Below are positions 33,023 to 34,146 of a DNA stretch of 34,146 bases, one piece after another. This DNA comes from a virus (lineage: Duplodnaviria; Heunggongvirae; Uroviricota; Caudoviricetes). The notes under the pieces are model-generated. The model was not told the DNA's origin and made no database searches. It worked only from the letters and a program-made list of their open reading frames with translations. Both the position numbers and the translations under genes were made by a program. Numbering within the stretch: position 1 is the first letter of the stretch; each line of letters begins with the position of its first letter. The stretch lies in the IMG/VR virus record IMGVR_UViG_3300021963_000033. One strand, written 5' to 3'.

Positions 33023-34146
33023 TTAATTCAATAGAGTCCCTGCTGCGTTGTAAACATTGATGCGGAAATATGCGCTTGAGTTACCATCGAGAAGATCTGC
33101 GTCAAGTCCTGATCCAGAACCATCAACCGTCTTCAGTTTAGTCAGAACATCTGCTGCAGTATATGAAGATGCAGGCAGTGCTGCATCTGCTGTCGCGCCT
33201 TGGGCAGCAGTAGCATAAGCAGTTGCAGCAGTAGTTGCTGCGGTTCCTAATCCTAACGTGGTTCTCGCAGCAGCAGCATCAGCGTCATCTACTAGAGTTA
33301 AACCAAAAGTGCTAACACTCGCTGCTGGCAGAGCATTATCCGCTTTAGTTCCCTGCGCTGCAGTAGCGTAAGCAGTAGCCGCTGTAGTTGCTGCCGTACC
33401 AAGACCAAGTGTTGTTCTTGCGGTTGCAGCATCGGCATCATCGATTAATGTCCCACCAAAAGTGCTGACATTTGCTGCTGGAAGTGCTGCATCTGCCTTA
33501 GTTCCTTGTGCTGCGGTTGCATAAGCAGTAGAGGCAGTAGTGGCGGCAGTTCCTAAACCTAATGTAGTTCTAGCGGTTGCGGCGTCTGCATCATCTACAA
33601 GTGTGAGTCCGAACGCACTAACTGCAGAAGAATTTAACTTTGTGCCGATACTCGCAGTAATAGTAGCGGAGAAATTCGCGTCATCGCCCAGAGCAGCTGC
33701 CAATTCATTCAAAGTGTTTAGTGCTTCTGGTGCAGTATCAATAACATTAGCAACCGCTGTGGTTGCTGCGTTATCTGCATAAGTCTTTGTTGCAATAGTT
33801 GAGTCGACCGCGACTGCACCATTGGTGATTGTAATACCAGTACCAGCACTAAAGTGAGCGCGGACATCTGATGCGCTTGGTCCAGTGTAAGTAATTACAC
33901 CAGTCAAATTATTATAAGCAAGCGAACCATCGCCTCCGGAATCTGTTACCGAAACTGCGGCTCTTGCTAGAGCATTCGTGTATTGAGTAATGGTTGTCGA
34001 GATAGCACCGTCGGTAATAGAAATTCCAGTACCTGCGCTGATAGCACTTCTTGCTCTTGCCGTTGTAAAGTAAAGGTTAGTTGAACCTTCTGTAATTTCA
34101 TCAGTGTTATCTGCCGCAGATAGTTGCGATGTAACATATGCTTCAG
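33023..34146 (-). CDS. Tail/neck fibre protein (5'-partial)
   Basis: Frame is open to the window edge (hand translation ...TDEITEGSTNLYFTTARARSAISAGTGISITDG...). Contains APEALNTLNELAAALGDD, ARTTLGLGTAAT repeats and DGSGSGLDADLLDG. Confidence 0.9.
   Translation of the reverse strand, partial: EAYVTSQLSAADNTDEITEGSTNLYFTTARARSAISAGTGISITDGAISTTITQYTNALARAAVSVTDSGGDGSLAYNNLTGVITYTGPSASDVRAHFSAGTGITITNGAVAVDSTIATKTYADNAATTAVANVIDTAPEALNTLNELAAALGDDANFSATITASIGTKLNSSAVSAFGLTLVDDADAATARTTLGLGTAATTASTAYATAAQGTKADAALPAANVSTFGGTLIDDADAATARTTLGLGTAATTAATAYATAAQGTKADNALPAASVSTFGLTLVDDADAAAARTTLGLGTAATTAATAYATAAQGATADAALPASSYTAADVLTKLKTVDGSGSGLDADLLDGNSSAYFRINVYNAAGTLLN
33164..33622 (-). repeat. Three tandem 51-aa (153-nt) repeats in the fibre gene
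   Basis: VS(A/T)FG(L/G)TL(V/I)DDADAA(T/A)ARTTLGLGTAATTA(S/A)TAYATAAQG..AD.ALPA x3. Confidence 0.92.

Noticed and set aside
1475-33782. The many + strand and alternate-frame ORFs overlapping identified genes
   Set aside because: They show no recognisable motifs and lie fully within well-supported minus-strand genes, as expected for antisense shadows.
1-34146. CRISPR arrays, tRNAs, introns, inteins, homing endonucleases, stop-codon recoding
   Set aside because: I saw no spaced direct repeats or cloverleafs. Core genes are uninterrupted, of expected size, and read in the standard code with all three stops in use.

Overview
This is a 34-kb segment of a T4-like myovirus genome (cyanophage/pelagiphage-style core gene order), with every supportable gene on the minus strand. 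In transcription order (right to left) it holds: a partial tail/neck fibre gene, gp13-14-15-16-17-18-19-20, prohead core genes, gp21-22-23, gp3, uvsY, uvsW, gp55, gp47, gp46, an accessory block (peptide deformylase, ClpP-like protease, HAD phosphatase, secreted protein, CobT-like vWA protein, CobS-like AAA+ ATPase, DUF3310 protein), gp45, an NAD-dependent epimerase, gp44, gp62, regA, hsp20, a signal-peptide nuclease and the 5' part of gp43. I saw no tRNA, CRISPR array, intron or intein. The most interesting signals are regulatory. (1) A ROSE-like RNA thermometer sits in the hsp20 leader. (2) Two strong sigma70-type promoters point antisense, each back-to-back with the sense promoter of a key replication/late-transcription gene (gp55, gp45). 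(3) An anti-Shine-Dalgarno inverted repeat brackets the gp43 promoter. (4) A probably leaderless HAD phosphatase carries a capsid-targeting-like N-terminus. Gene names come from recognised motifs and synteny, not database searches. Promoter and RNA-structure calls are by-eye predictions.
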